Below, piece by piece: positions 49,535 to 62,004 of a DNA stretch of 64,000 nucleotides (its first letter is position 1; the number at the start of each line of letters is the position of its first letter). Below the pieces are notes generated by a model. It did no database searches. It was not told the origin of the DNA and saw nothing but the letters and a program-made list of their open reading frames with translations. The stretch covers positions 186,001 through 250,000 of the forward strand of contig NW_027590175.1 in NCBI RefSeq assembly GCF_964213995.1, written 5' to 3'. The position numbers and the translations under genes are program-made. This stretch comes from Mustelus asterias (taxonomy: Eukaryota).

Positions 49535-49780
49535 GTTTATTTAGTAGTCACAAGGAAGGCTTACATGAATGAAGTTACTGTGAAATTCTCCTCGTCGCCG
49601 GACTCCAGCGCCTCTTCGGGTCAATGCACCTGACCAGCACATCTTTCCTATTGTGGGATGAAACACTCGCAGAACGGGGAGAACGTGCGAACCACACACA
49701 GATAGTGACCCAAGCCGGGAATCGAACCCAGGTCCCTGGCGCTGAGAGACAGCGGTGCTGAGCACTGTCCCACCGTGCCG
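49535..49780 (-). mobile_element. HE1/V-SINE-like SINE
   Basis: Reverse complement of the SINE head. Confidence 0.8.
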
Positions 49781-50369
49781 CTCTATGAATTTCACAATTA
49801 CCGCTTTCATGAGTTAAAGCGATCTCTGCTTCCCTGGTAGTCGAAGAGTTTAGTGCTTAATTCAGCTCGAAGTTTTCTTCTCATTTTGCACGAGATTGGA
49901 ACCAAGATCTGGGAGATTGTGTCAGTGGAAACAATAATCATCCCCATTGCCATTCAGTCACTCCAACCTTACCCCCTGTCACAAAGTCATAAAAAGAGTT
50001 CTTGCCCTCATTTTGTCATTCACTCTGTAGTTACTTGTAAATCATTAAATCTCTATCTTCTTCCATTTTGGATATAACGTCAGCGACCCGAAACATTCAC
50101 TTTGTTTCCCTCTCCAAAGACGACGTTTGACCTGCTGAGTGTTTCCAATATTTTCTGTTTTGAAATGGGATTTTCAGTAACTTCAGTGTTTCTTTTTCTA
50201 GTTCAATGTGGATTAGTTTTCTTGGACTGAATGTTCCCTGTTTAAATCGTTAAAGGGCTGAGGTATTAAAAAATAAGATGCAAGAATGTGTCACCCTATT
50301 TGACATAAAATGAAACAAAATGAGGATCAATCATTCCAAAAGATGTTCCTAATTCAAAATATCTTTTGC

Positions 50370-51760
50370 AGGGGGTCCACCTCCGGGTGCCATTCACTCA
50401 CTCATCTGTCCCAATTGAAACAAGAAGTCGGACGGTGAGAGTCCAGATTGCTCAGCGTTACACCAAGGAAACGACAGCACTCTGACCTATGACACCAGAC
50501 CTTGCTCCCAAAACACACACACACACACAGACACACACACTTGCTCAATAATTGCCAGTCTCCAGTCGAATGGTTGCTGTTGTGTGACACCAACCGCTTC
50601 TTTCTTTCAGCAGATGATTTAAAGAGTAGCGAAAGATGAAAAAAAATTGCTGATGTCGGCACCTATCGCCAGAGGCTCAGCATTGTGCAGTGTAATGGAA
50701 GTTGAACTGGCTGACAAATTGTCCTCCCTATTCCTGCTTTATGAGGAACTGAAATAAAAGATCCATCGACAAATCAATCCTCAACAATGGCAAAGAAGAG
50801 CAAGGGTCCGCCTAAATTTAAACTCGGTTCGCTGGATTCAGAGTGGTCACCATTAGACCAGAGGACCTACAACATAGCAGCCGGCTGCAAATGGTCACTC
50901 AAAGCATTTGACCCACTTGATGTTGCTGCCGCATTGAATGAAAAAGGTCACATGTTTTGAGTAACCATTTGCATCAGGTGGCTCTGTTCCTGTTTCTGTG
51001 GTGTGATGGTGGGCACTCTGGACTCCGAATGCAGTAAGCGGAGTTCAGAACTCGGTGAAAGATTGTTTTTATTTGCTAAAGACGATGATGAGTTTGCTGA
51101 AGCGCATTTCATTTTTAATTCTCAGAAAGTGGAAAATTAAACACTGAGGAAATTTCAGCAAATTCCAGCGCAATCACACTGCAGACGATGCAGCGAATGA
51201 CTCACCTGGCGTCATTGCATCAGCTCCAGAGAACACAAAGGGCTGAGAAACAGAGACACCACAGTGGGCAGGGGGTCCACCGACATGTGTCACTCATTCA
51301 CTCATCTGTCCCAATTTAAACCAGAATTCGGAGGCGAGAGGCCAGAGTGCGAACCATTACACCATGGAATCGACAGCAGTCTTTTCTCCAAAACGCACAC
51401 ACTCTCTTTCTCTCTCTCACGCACTCACACACACATTTTGCTCAATAATTGCCAGACTCCAATCGAATTGTTATTGTGCAACACCAACTGCTTCTATCTT
51501 TCAACAGAGGAGTTAAAGAGTGGCGAAAAGGTGAAAAGCACTGATGTTGCAGGCATCTGTCGCCAGAGGTTCAGCAATGTGCATTGTAACAGCAGCTGAA
51601 CTGGCTGACAAATTGTCCTCTCGATTCGGACTTGGTGAGAAAATTAAACGCCCTTTAGTCTATCCATCATCTGCAAATTAAAGCAAGGCTCCGCCGAAAT
51701 TTGAACTCGGATCGCTGGATTCAGAGTCCAGAGTGCTCACCATTACACCACGGAACCCAG
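50370..51760. repeat. second tRNA-Gln cassette array
   Basis: Gln relics at about 50440(- half), 50803(-), 50991(+), 51341(- half) and 51686(-); paralogous to 28.0-31.2 kb. Confidence 0.75.
51686..51757 (-). tRNA. tRNA-Gln(CTG), near intact
   Basis: All stems pair with two wobbles; B-box C61T. Confidence 0.78.
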
Positions 51761-52799
51761 CACACGGGCGAAATCTGAAAATGGTCGCTCAGTACCTGTG
51801 CCAATTTGAACAACAGGGCAAAAAATCAGTCCCATTGCACAATTCCGTCAATTACCCACAGCAATTCATATTTACATTGCCGTTGCTGATTCCTCCTGCA
51901 AAAATGAGTAAGCTACCTTCAACTGCATTATATTTCACTGTAGCTCACCACGTTTAAAGAACAATGTTAGCATCGAACCTTTACAAACCTGTTGCGTTAA
52001 AAATGCTGAACAACATCAGCATATCACAGCTCTGCTTTCGTCACACTGGAAGCCAGTGTGAAAATATGAACAATTTAATGTCTTAACAGGGAGGAGTGTA
52101 TGAATGTCGATAATTTACACTGTGCACATTCCTGTCATCAGTATTTGGGAGAATCAGGAAGATGAGATCAAGGTGATCCAGTGGTTCGGGTTCAGCCCTT
52201 TCAGGGTCGCAGACTGGCTTCGATATATTAAGATTTAAATGTTTTGATAAAGAAACCTGCAATACTTTCTGCTCTAAAGCAGCTCTGCCAGAAACAGTGG
52301 AGTGAGATTTGTATTTTTGCTTCCGAGTTGGAAATGTCATATGGGCATCAGGTCAGTTCGAGAACCAATGCTGATAGTGAAAGATAGTGATAGCCTGCAA
52401 AGCGCTGACGATGGAGGTGTTGATATAAGGTAAAATCTGGGTGGTAATGGGTCGATTTAACCGTTTGCACTGACAGAAATATCACTCATTTCTGGATAAA
52501 AATATCGTGCTGAATGACACGAAACTTCTCACTGAATTTAGCAGTAATCTATTTGATTTAGACTGTTTCCAAGCAATCTGCATTCAGAAAGCAGTAACTG
52601 TGAGATTAACAAAGTGGGATAGAGGAAGACTCAGTTTGATTGGTGACGCTGCCAGAGGAATGGAGAGCTGGAGTTCACCCAGGAAAGCAGCAAAGTTTAA
52701 AAATAATGAGAACCAGCCAATGTTGCCCTTGTCCATCATTCCTTGTTTCAGTTAATCCACCCTGTTATGCTGTCTATCACAGACCTTCCCTTTTAATCT

Positions 52800-53218
52800 C
52801 TTTACTGATAGCCAAGTTCTGCACACATGAGGACGGCCTCAACCGGGATATTGGGTTCATGTCACACTATCTGTAATCCCCACAGCTTGCCTGGACTTGC
52901 AGAATTTCACTGGCTGTCCTGTCTGGAGACAATACACATCTCTTTAACCTGTCTTAATGGTCTCTCCACTCACATTGTTTGTACCTTTAAGACTTGATTA
53001 GCTGTAAGTATTCACATTCCAATCATTATTCTGTAAATTGAGTTTGTGTCTTTATATGCCCTGTTTGTGAACAGAATTCCCACTCACCTGAAGAAGGAGC
53101 TTAAGGCTCCGAAATCTTGTGGCTTTTGCTACCAAATAAACCTGTTGGACGTTAACCTGGTGTTGTTAAACTCCTTACTGTGTTTATCCCAGTCCAACGC
53201 CGGCATCTCCACATCATG
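52800..53218 (+). mobile_element. Penelope-like element 3' end (ORF C-terminus, UTR, hammerhead, AATAAA)
   Basis: LIAKFCTHEDGLNRDIGFMSHYL* (stop 52876) resembles the GLN-motif C-terminus of GIY-YIG PLE proteins; it runs into the family A tail. Confidence 0.8.
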
Positions 53219-54004
53219 ACAATTAACCTAACCCACACATCTTTGAAAAGGAAAGCGGATCACCAGGAGGAAACCCACACAGAGAGGGGGAGAACGTGAA
53301 AACTCCGCATATACAGTAACCCGAGAAATTGAACCTTAGTCACTGGGGTTGTGAGGCATCAGTTCTAACAACTGTCCCACCGTTTCGTCCTTTCTACTGC
53401 ATTCAATTTTACTGCAGCCAACTGCATTCAAAGGGCAGTGTTAGTATCAACCTGTGATTAAATTATGTTGTGGTAATTCTGCTGAACAATATTAATTTAT
53501 CACCGTTAATGGACCGTGGGTTCCAGCTACACGTTGAGCGCGATTGTTTTTAAACTTTGCTGCATTTCTGGCTGAACTCCAGCTCGCCATTCCACCAGCA
53601 GTCTCACCATTCAAACTGAGTCCTTCTCCATCCTGCGCTGTTAATCTCACCGTTACTGGTTTCTGAGTGAAAACTGCCTCCATTTCACTGGAGGTCAGAA
53701 AGTTTGCTGTTTAATTCAATTAAAGGTTTTCTTGTCACTGAGCCCGAGATTTGGACCCTGATCTGCACGATATTTGTGTCAGTGGAAACAATGAAATCCA
53801 CCCCATTATCAGCCAAATTTTACCCCGCATCACCCTCTCTATCGTCAGCGCTTTCTCGCCCATCGCGTTTTAAAAATTCTTGACATGTGACATTTCCAAT
53901 TCAGACACAAAGGAGGAAACCTCCCTGATACTGATTGCGATAGAACTGGTGCTGACCCGGAAGTAACGCGGGATTGTTGTTCAGGGTATAGCAATAAATC
54001 GACA

Positions 54005-54076
54005 TTCCATGACCGGGAATCGAACCCAGGCCGCGGCGGTGAGTGCGCCGAATCCTAACCACTAGACCATCAGGAA
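54005..54076 (-). pseudogene. tRNA-Glu(CTC), degenerate
   Basis: 72 nt; U33A and acceptor mismatch. Confidence 0.75.
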
Positions 54077-54744
54077 AGTTAATACGGATACTTTAAAACA
54101 CTAATTCATACATGGACCACCTGCCTTTTATGTTATTTTGGACATTTTATTCACCAGAGCAAGTTTCTCCTTCAAAGTTTAATGTTTAGATCGAACACAA
54201 GCGACTGTTTCAGCAAATGAAAACAGCGAATTCTGTTAGTTGGAACATGAAATCGACAGTGAGGTGAAATAGTCCCGCAAGCTGCCATGTGACACTTTCA
54301 ATTTCCAAAACCCACCAACTCCATCACTGTGGCTCCTGTGAAACTTACAGGGTAACACGCGGCAGGCATTCATCACGGAGAGCAAGTGATACAAGCCATT
54401 TACGAAATACTATCATGTCGCTTCTCTTCCTGTTTCTGTTCTCCAGCTTCCTCTGACCGTCCAGCTCCCAGGGTCAATTAGCAGCTTAATGCAGACAGAG
54501 ACAAGTAGTGAGCCCGAGCTATACCTGGAAAGCAGGGGCAGGGAATGTAAGACACACGGTACTGAGAGGAGATGGAGTTTAGAGATGACAGTATAAAGAG
54601 ATCCAGATATCTCATCTTCCTGATCCTCCCAGTCACTGATTACAGGAATGTGCACACTGCCAATTACCCACTGTCACACTCTCCTTCCAGCCTTCAACAC
54701 GGAGTTAAGTTTTGAAGTTTTTGAAGTATTGCTACAGTTGTTCA

Positions 54745-55056
54745 GGGTTTAGCAATGCTGCCTCACAGCGTCAGGGACCCCGGTTCATTTCCGGCCTCAG
54801 GTGACTCTCTGTGTGGAGTTTGCACGTTCGCCCCGTGTCTGCGCGGCTTTCCTTTCAGTTGTTCCGCTTTCCACCCACAGTCCAAAGATGTGTGGATTTA
54901 GTGATTGGCCATGCTAAATTCCCCCTCAGTGTCAGAGGGGTTAGCAGGTTAAATACGTGATGTTGCAGGGATTTGACGGAGGTGGGATTGTTGTCGGTGC
55001 AGGCTCGGTGTACCGAATGGCCTCCTTCTGTGCTGCAGGGAATCTATCATTCTATG
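54745..55056 (+). mobile_element. HE1-like SINE
   Basis: Shared head, body and tail. Confidence 0.75.
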
Positions 55057-55329
55057 AATTTGATAGGGTGTATGCTGAGACATTATTTTCCCTGGCCGTG
55101 GAATCTAAGACTTTCGCAGTAACTTCATTGCAGTGTTAATGTAAGGCTATTTGTGAAACTAATAATGAATAATAAATGAATAAACTTAAATAATGTTTTG
55201 ATTCTAATTGTTAAGTTTAATGGTATAATGGAAGCAAATTTAAATTACGTGTAATTTGTTTGAAATCAATATGCATTAAAGAATGTTGATAACACCGGAT
55301 AACATTCCATCCGGTAACACTTGATGGAT

Positions 55330-55585
55330 ATATAGATGTACGAGACACGTGTTTTACACAGACGGTGGTGGGTGCCTGGAACTCATCGGGAGATGCAGTG
55401 GAAGCAGATACGATGGTGAGTTTTAAGGGGCGTCTGGACAAATACATGAATAGGATGGGAATAGGGGGATGTGGTCCCCGGAAGGTTAAGGGGTTTTAGT
55501 TCAGTCGGGCAGCATGGTCGGTGCAGGCTTGGAGGGCCGAAGGGCCTGTTCCTGAGCTGTAATTTTCTTTGGTCTTTTGTTCTTA
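55330..55585 (+). mobile_element. CR1 3' end
   Basis: FTQTVVGAWN-type end and 3' UTR. Confidence 0.75.
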
Positions 55586-55669
55586 TATATTTAATGACAC
55601 CTCCGGGCCCATTGCCAACCCGCAACTGTTTGCCTATGAATGCTGATGGGGTCAAAACAGTGAAAACTA

Positions 55670-55970
55670 CGTCTCTGGGTGGTCTTAAACTGATGTGGAG
55701 ATGCCGGCGTTGGACTGGGGTGAACACAGCAAGAGTTTTAACAACACCAGGTTAAAGTCCAACAGGTTTATTTGGTAGCAAATACCAATAGCTTGAGAGC
55801 TCATTTCCACTCCATCTGACGAAGGAGCAGCGCTCCGAAAGCTAATGGTATTAGCTACCAAATAAACCTGTTGGACTTTAACCTGGTGTTGTTAAAACTC
55901 TTGCTGTGGTCTTAAAATACCAACATTTCAGTTAACAGCTGAACGCGCTGACTAATTGTGCCACAGAGAC
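55670..55970 (-). pseudogene. tRNA-Asn(GTT) split by a Penelope palindrome
   Basis: Asn halves at 55670-55690 and 55917-55970; TSD GTGGTCTTAAA. Confidence 0.8.
55812..55848 (+). ncRNA. minimal type I hammerhead ribozyme (PLE-type)
   Basis: CCAU-CUGACGA-A-GGAGC(AGC)GCUCC-GAAA-GC-UA-AUGG; all core residues present. Confidence 0.7.
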
Positions 55971-56728
55971 TGACAAAACAGCTGCTAAAGATATTCTAAA
56001 CCAGGGTGCCAATGACCCAAATTCTATTTCTGCAAAACCTGTTCCAGAACTACAGCATGACCGCAGCGTTTACGATTCTATATAAGTCTCTTTGGTTATG
56101 TTGATCCCGCAGAATCCCGCAGGATATAATACTTTCCACTCAATCACAAATAACATCATTCACAGCTGCACCGCCTTCCCAACATTGTGACCCATTTCCC
56201 TTAGGATTTCTTCCAGTATTTAATATTTTCCTGGTTTTCTCATCATTTTGAAATGAGATTCTCTTCAATGTACAACACAAATGGAATTGCAAATCTGACG
56301 GACAAACAATGGAAAACAATTCACTGGGTAACAGAAATCCCACAGTGCTCATTTCCAGATTCACAACACTCAGCTTTTCAGTCAAATGAACGAATTTATG
56401 ACTGAAAAGTTTGGAAAGTTGGTAAAAATATTGTTTGTGACTTACTCGGGTATTGTGTAAATGCTGTTTGAATATTCAGTGAGCGCACTATAATCGATCA
56501 ACTTTTTGATGAGCGTTTGGTCGGTGCATTGTTATGTTTCACCCCGTTTGGAGTATCCTGTGTCCCAGGGATGGGCAGGAAGCCGCTGATTGAAGCTGCA
56601 GTTGCCGCTTTCTGCTGGCAGCGGATGGATGATTGGAGAGTGCGTGGTAAGATCCTGCTGCTTGTCCCTGTCTCACTCGCTGTGGAACTGGGGTAGAGAG
56701 AATCATTGATCGTTTTGTTTCCCCGTCT

Positions 56729-57985
56729 ATGTTGCATTATAGGAAGGATGTGGAAGCATTGGAAAGGGTGCAGAGGAGATTTACCAGGATGTTGCCTGGT
56801 ATGGTGGGAAGGTCTGATGAGGAAAGGCTGAGAGACTTGAGGATGTTTTCGTTAGAGAGAAGAAGGTTAAGAGGTAACTTAATAGAGGCGTACAAGATGA
56901 TCAGAGGATGAGATAGGGTGGATAGTGAGAGCCTTTTTCCTCAGATGGTGATAGCTAGCACGAGGGGACATAGCTTTAAATTGAGGGGTGATAGATATAG
57001 GACAGATGTCAGAGGTAGATTCTTCACTCAGAGAGTAGTAAGGGCGTGGAATGCCCTGCCTGCAGCAGGAGTGGACTTGCCAACATTAAGGGCATTTAAA
57101 TGGTCATTGGATAAACATATGGATGATATTGGAAAAGTGTAGGTTCGATGGGCTTTAGATTGGTTTCACTGGTCGGCGCAACATCGAGGGCCGAAGGGCC
57201 TGTACTGCGCTGTAATGTTCTATGAATCAGGGCAGCACTTACTCAGTTAATGGTAGGGCGTTGAGGAGAGCTACAGAACAAAGAGATCTAGAGGTACATG
57301 TTCATAGCTCCTTGAAAGTGAGGTCACAAGATGGACAGTGGTGAAGAAGGCATTCGGCATGCTTGGTTTCGTCGGTCAGAACATTGAATACAGGAAGTGG
57401 GACGTCTTGTTGAAGTTGTACAAGACATTGGTAAGGTCACATTTGGAATACTGTGTACAGTTCTGGTCATCCTATTATAGAAAAGATATTATTAAACTAG
57501 AAATAGTGCAGAAAAGATTTACAGGGATGCTACCCGGACTTGATGGTTTGAGTTATAAGGAAAGGCTGGATAGACTGGAACTTTTTTCTCTGGAGCATAG
57601 AAGGCTGAGGGGTGATCTTATAGAAGTCTATAAAATAATGAATGGCATAGCTCAGCTGGATAGTCAATATCTTTTCCCAAAGGTAGGGAAGTCTAAAACT
57701 GGAGGGCATAGGTTTAAGGTGAGAGCGGAGTGGTACAAAAGTGTCCAGAGGGGCAGTTTTTTCACACAGAGGATAATGAGTGTCTGGAATAAGCTGCCAG
57801 AGGTAGTAGTAGAGGCGGGTACAATTCCGTCTTTTAAAAAGCACTTAGGTAGGAACATGGATACGATGGGTACAGAGGGATGTGGGCCAAATGCAGGCAA
57901 TTGGGACGAGCTTCGGGGTTTAAAAAAAAGGGTGGCATTTACAAGTTGGGCCGAAGGGCCTGTTTCCATGCTGTAAATCTCCATG
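56729..57985 (+). mobile_element. two adjacent CR1 3' fragments
   Basis: ORFs 56729, 56918 and 57338 are CR1 ORF2 C-termini. Confidence 0.85.
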
Positions 57986-58974
57986 AAATTGTGGTCAGTG
58001 CAGATTCGATGGGCCGAATGGCCTCCTTCTGCACTGTAGGATTCTATGATTCTATTGATCATAAGTCTGACGTGTCTAGGTCATGAATGTGCACAATATT
58101 AATTTAGTGTGCCCTTAAATGTCAGCCATCTCCTGGAGAAAACATCCCTTTAATTGTGAACATTAGCAAAGAGACCATGCTTCATCCAGACAAATAAATG
58201 AGTCAAGCTGAGGGAGCAAAGGATGTCAATGTCTTTAAAAAAGAGAGACAGACAGACCTGGGCCAACCTTTCCAGAGTCTGCAGCCTCCCTGGATTCACT
58301 TCCTTTCCCTTCAGTTGCTGCAAGTCCCCAATTTCCCCCAGAATGAGAAAAGAAATGGAAAGGGGGAGAAAAGAAAGTGATTTACTCACAGATGTTGGCC
58401 TCTTTTTAGGTCAAACCAAATAAACAAAGCCAAATTAAGTCAGGACAAAGTAAAAGGGGCAGCTCCCCAAAAAAGAGGGGGAACAGCCCGAACAGAAATC
58501 AAAGTTCAAAGGAAACTTAAAGACATCAAATTAAAATGTGATTATTAGGGTCGATAATGCACCCCAATCCCTGCGGTGCCCAGCGGGCGGGGAAGGTGTC
58601 AACCGCGCCCGTGGACACCGCATGCTCCCTCTCCAGGGACACCTGGCCACGAATGGAGCCGCGGTAGAGGGGAAGACAGTCAGGACGGACGGCTCCCTTG
58701 ATCGCCCGCTGCCTGGACCGGTAAATGGCGCGTTTCACCAGGCCCAGGAGCAAGTTCACGAGGAGGTCGCCATCCCGACCCTCCCCTCTCCGCACCGGGT
58801 GTCCGTAGATCAGGAGCGTGGGATTGAAGTGCAAACAAAACTTTAACAAAAGTTTCTTCAGGAAAACATAAAGGGAGTGCAGCCTAAGACACACAACATA
58901 GACATGGTCCACGGACTCCACAAGGCCACAGAAGGGGCAGTCTTCGGAGCCCGTGAACCAGTGAATCCTACGGT

Positions 58975-59297
58975 TGTGGGGGGGGGGGGGTGGGGTGGGT
59001 GGGGGGTGGGGGGGGGGGGGGTGGTTGGGGTGGTGAGGGGGGTGGGGGGGAAGGCTGGGGTGGGGGGGTGGGGGGGCGGGGCTGGGGGTGGGGGTGGGGG
59101 GGGTTGGGGTGGGAGGGGGTTGGGGTGGGTGGGGGGTGGTTGGTGTGGGGAGGGGGGTGGGGGGTGGGTGGGAGGGGGTTGGGGTGGGTGGGGGGGTGGG
59201 GGCGTGGGGGGGTGGGGTGGGGGGGTTGGGTGGGGGGGGGTTGGGGGGGGTGCGGTTGGGGTGGGGGGGTGAGGGGGGGTGGGGTGGGGGTTGGGGA
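58975..59297 (+). repeat. G-rich low-complexity tract
   Basis: About 320 bp of G runs separated by T. Confidence 0.9.
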
Positions 59298-61209
59298 GCA
59301 GCGTCGCGAGGCGACCGTGTTCCAGACAGTGAGGAGGTCCTGGTTAAAGACAGGCAACTCCTGCAAGGCGGTCGAAGCACGCCCCAGTTCGATATGCAGG
59401 AGCTGCCCGTCATAATTGAGGTTGTGCCATTGGTGGAAGAAATACGTCGCCATGGCACACCATTGTGGAGGGGGCTCAACGTAAAGGTACCTCTGCAGGG
59501 CCTGGAGACGGAAGGTCGCTATCTGAGTGCGGAGGCACACCAGACCTTGTCCGCCCTCCTCAAGCGGGAGATGCAGAACCGCAGCAGGGACCCAGTGCAG
59601 TCGATTGTCCCAGAAGAACTGCACGAGGGACGACTCGGTGGGAGGCACGAGGGAGACCCCGCCTCGCTCTGGGCAGACTCCAAAAGTGCCCCCGTGCCCA
59701 CCACCGAGCCGCTGACCTCCTCAGGGCAATCACCCCTCGACTCCGAGTCCCCCGCCGCAGGACGTACGGCGGGCGGCACGGAGCCGCCAACTCACCCCAA
59801 CCCCTCCCCGATCCCACCCCCAGGATCGGTGGAGGAGGGGTTCCCCCCGGGCTCACCTTCCCCGGTTTGCAGGCCCGCGTGCAGCGGCGACTCAGTCCCC
59901 CGCTCCGCCCCAGACGCTTGGACACCCCCGAGGTCCGGTACAACCTCCGGATTAAGGTCGGGGATGTCCAGCGTCCAAGGCCGGGACGGAGAGGACGAGT
60001 GGACCATTTCCTCGCCGCCGCCGCACGGGGACACGAACACTGGGGTGTTGCCCCAGTCCCCCGGCATACTAAAAAAGAACTCCGGGTTGTAATCGGCTGG
60101 GTGGAACGGATACTGAACCCTCCCTCCAGGACCTCCTCCCGGGTCAGGCAGACAAATGGAGAAATGGACAAAAAGGAGTAGACATGGCGGAGGGAGGGGT
60201 ACCAAAGGTCAAGCGGGATCGGCACCACCCCAGACCTGACCTCCCCCAGTGGATGGAGGTGGGGGAGGAGGGGCTCACCGGGTAGAAAGGGCGGGACGTT
60301 CGAGATGATGATCTTATGGGCGGTGGCCTCCAAAGGGTCCACCACCAGGAACGTCCCGCCCACCGTGAGCCCCCTCTCCAGGGCGAGGTGGACCGCCCGC
60401 TCGGCCTTCAAAAAGAATACGGCCCGGCCGTACATCTTAGAGGCCGCGACAATGGCTCAGGGGCCAACAACCCCAGCCATTGCCTTGACACAGGCCTCGA
60501 TGGACATGTCGGGGTGGGCATAGCACTTTACACCGAGCTGCTGCGTGAGCAACGAAAAAGGTGGCAGGGCCTTGGGAGCGGCGGGGGCTCTGGTAGCTGC
60601 CACGCCCACATAGGTGGACCGAGGAGGCTCTGCCACCGGCGATACTGGCGATGCCGCCATAGTAATCAAGGGAGTGCTATGCCCACCCCGAGACTGCCCA
60701 GATGCACGGCAGGGCGTACAAAAGGAGGGAAAAATAAGGGAGGGTAGGGTAGGTGGATGGGGGTCTAGGTGCTCTCTCCCCGGAGCGAGAGAGGGAGAGA
60801 GGAGGTCGGAGGAGCAGGAGGGAGGACGAGGGACAAGGCACGGAGGGGGGCCGGTGCCCCAGTCAGGGGGAAAGAGGGGAGGGGGTGTTAGTGTTGGGGG
60901 CAGCAGCAGTGGGTGGGGGACTTTACTCCTCCAGCCCTTTCGGGCGCAAACAGTTCAAGTCCGGGGTGTCTTCACCACCACCACCCCCCGCCCCCCTCAC
61001 TGCAGATGGAAAAAACAGTCTGAATTTACTTCACCGCCCCCTCCCTTTCAGGCACCAACCTTCTGATGATGAAGGCACCAGCCCAACCACTCAGTCCCTA
61101 GATGTTGAAGCGTGCAGTCCTCCCTCCCATAGATGGGAAGAAAAAAGAAAGAAAGTTACTCCGTGTCCTCTCTCCCTCTTTCCCTCCAGGGAGAGAGCAC
61201 CCTCCAGTG

Positions 61210-61565
61210 GACGGACGGACGGCAGGCAGGTAGGCCAGACGGCAGGCAGGCAGGCCAGACAACAGGCAGGCAGGCCAGACGGCAGGCAGGCAGGCCAGAC
61301 GGCAGGCAGGCCAAACAGGAGGCAGGCAGTCAGGCCAGACGGCAGGCAGGTAGGCCAGATGGCAGGCAGGCAGGCCAGACAACAGGTAGGCAGGCCAGAC
61401 GGCAGGCAGGCAGGCCAGACGGCAGGCAGACAGGCTGGCGAAACGGCAGGCAGGCAGTCAGGCCAGATGGCAGGCAGGCAGGCCAGACAACAGGCAGGCA
61501 GGCCAGACGACAGACAGGCAGGCCAGACGACAGGCAGGCAGGCCGGACAGCAGGCAGGCAGGCAA
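61210..61565 (+). repeat. 20-bp minisatellite (GGCAGGCAGGCAGGCCAGAC)
   Basis: About 17-18 imperfect units. Confidence 0.9.
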
Positions 61566-61618
61566 CAGCTCACCTTCCTCCCCCTTCCCACTTTCAGATG
61601 CTGGAATGAACAAATTGA

Positions 61619-61691
61619 CATTTCTTCCCGGTTTTGATCCGGGGACCTTTCGTGTGTCGGGCAAATGTGACAACCACTTCACTACAGAAAC
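61619..61691 (-). pseudogene. tRNA-Val pseudogene
   Basis: 73-nt Val scaffold; anticodon arm and T-loop changed. Confidence 0.75.
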
Positions 61692-62004
61692 AACCTCTCT
61701 GATGTTGGAGACAGGAGGAAGTTTCAGTCTGTCTGAAGCTCAATCTTCATTCACGCAAAGCCAGCGCTCTGATCAGCTGGAGGACCAGAGTCCATCCCGT
61801 CCTCCAACTCTTCCTATTAGTCAACACCTTCGAAGGTCAGGGGGTGGGATCTGCCCTGCAATTCGCAGCTTCCCCCTCCCTTGGACATGCGCAGACCTGG
61901 ACCGGGGGGAGGGGGAGATCACCGAGCAGCTTCTCGCTCTGGCCGGAGCCGTCAGCCGGTTGCCTGGAAACCTTGGCTCGATGTGGTGTAGGGGGAGGGG
62001 AACA

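Larger units (their letters stand above)
58150..61600 (-). mobile_element. Tx1-like (L1 clade) retrotransposon, internally deleted
   Basis: ORF1 motifs (ASKMYGRAVFFLK, IIISNVPPFL) and ORF2 C-terminus (FFWD, LPLEEGGQGL, CPFCG...H...C); no APE or RT core visible. Confidence 0.8.

Noticed and set aside
58877-59415. Gly-rich and Pro-rich ORFs
   Set aside because: Translations of the G-run tract
61091-61637. Repetitive ORFs and a CRISPR-like appearance
   Set aside because: Head-to-tail 20-bp minisatellite with no unique spacers; the ORFs are by-products and the context is eukaryotic
61619-61691. Rare Val-GAC anticodon
   Set aside because: U33, the anticodon stem and the T-loop are mutated; pseudogene
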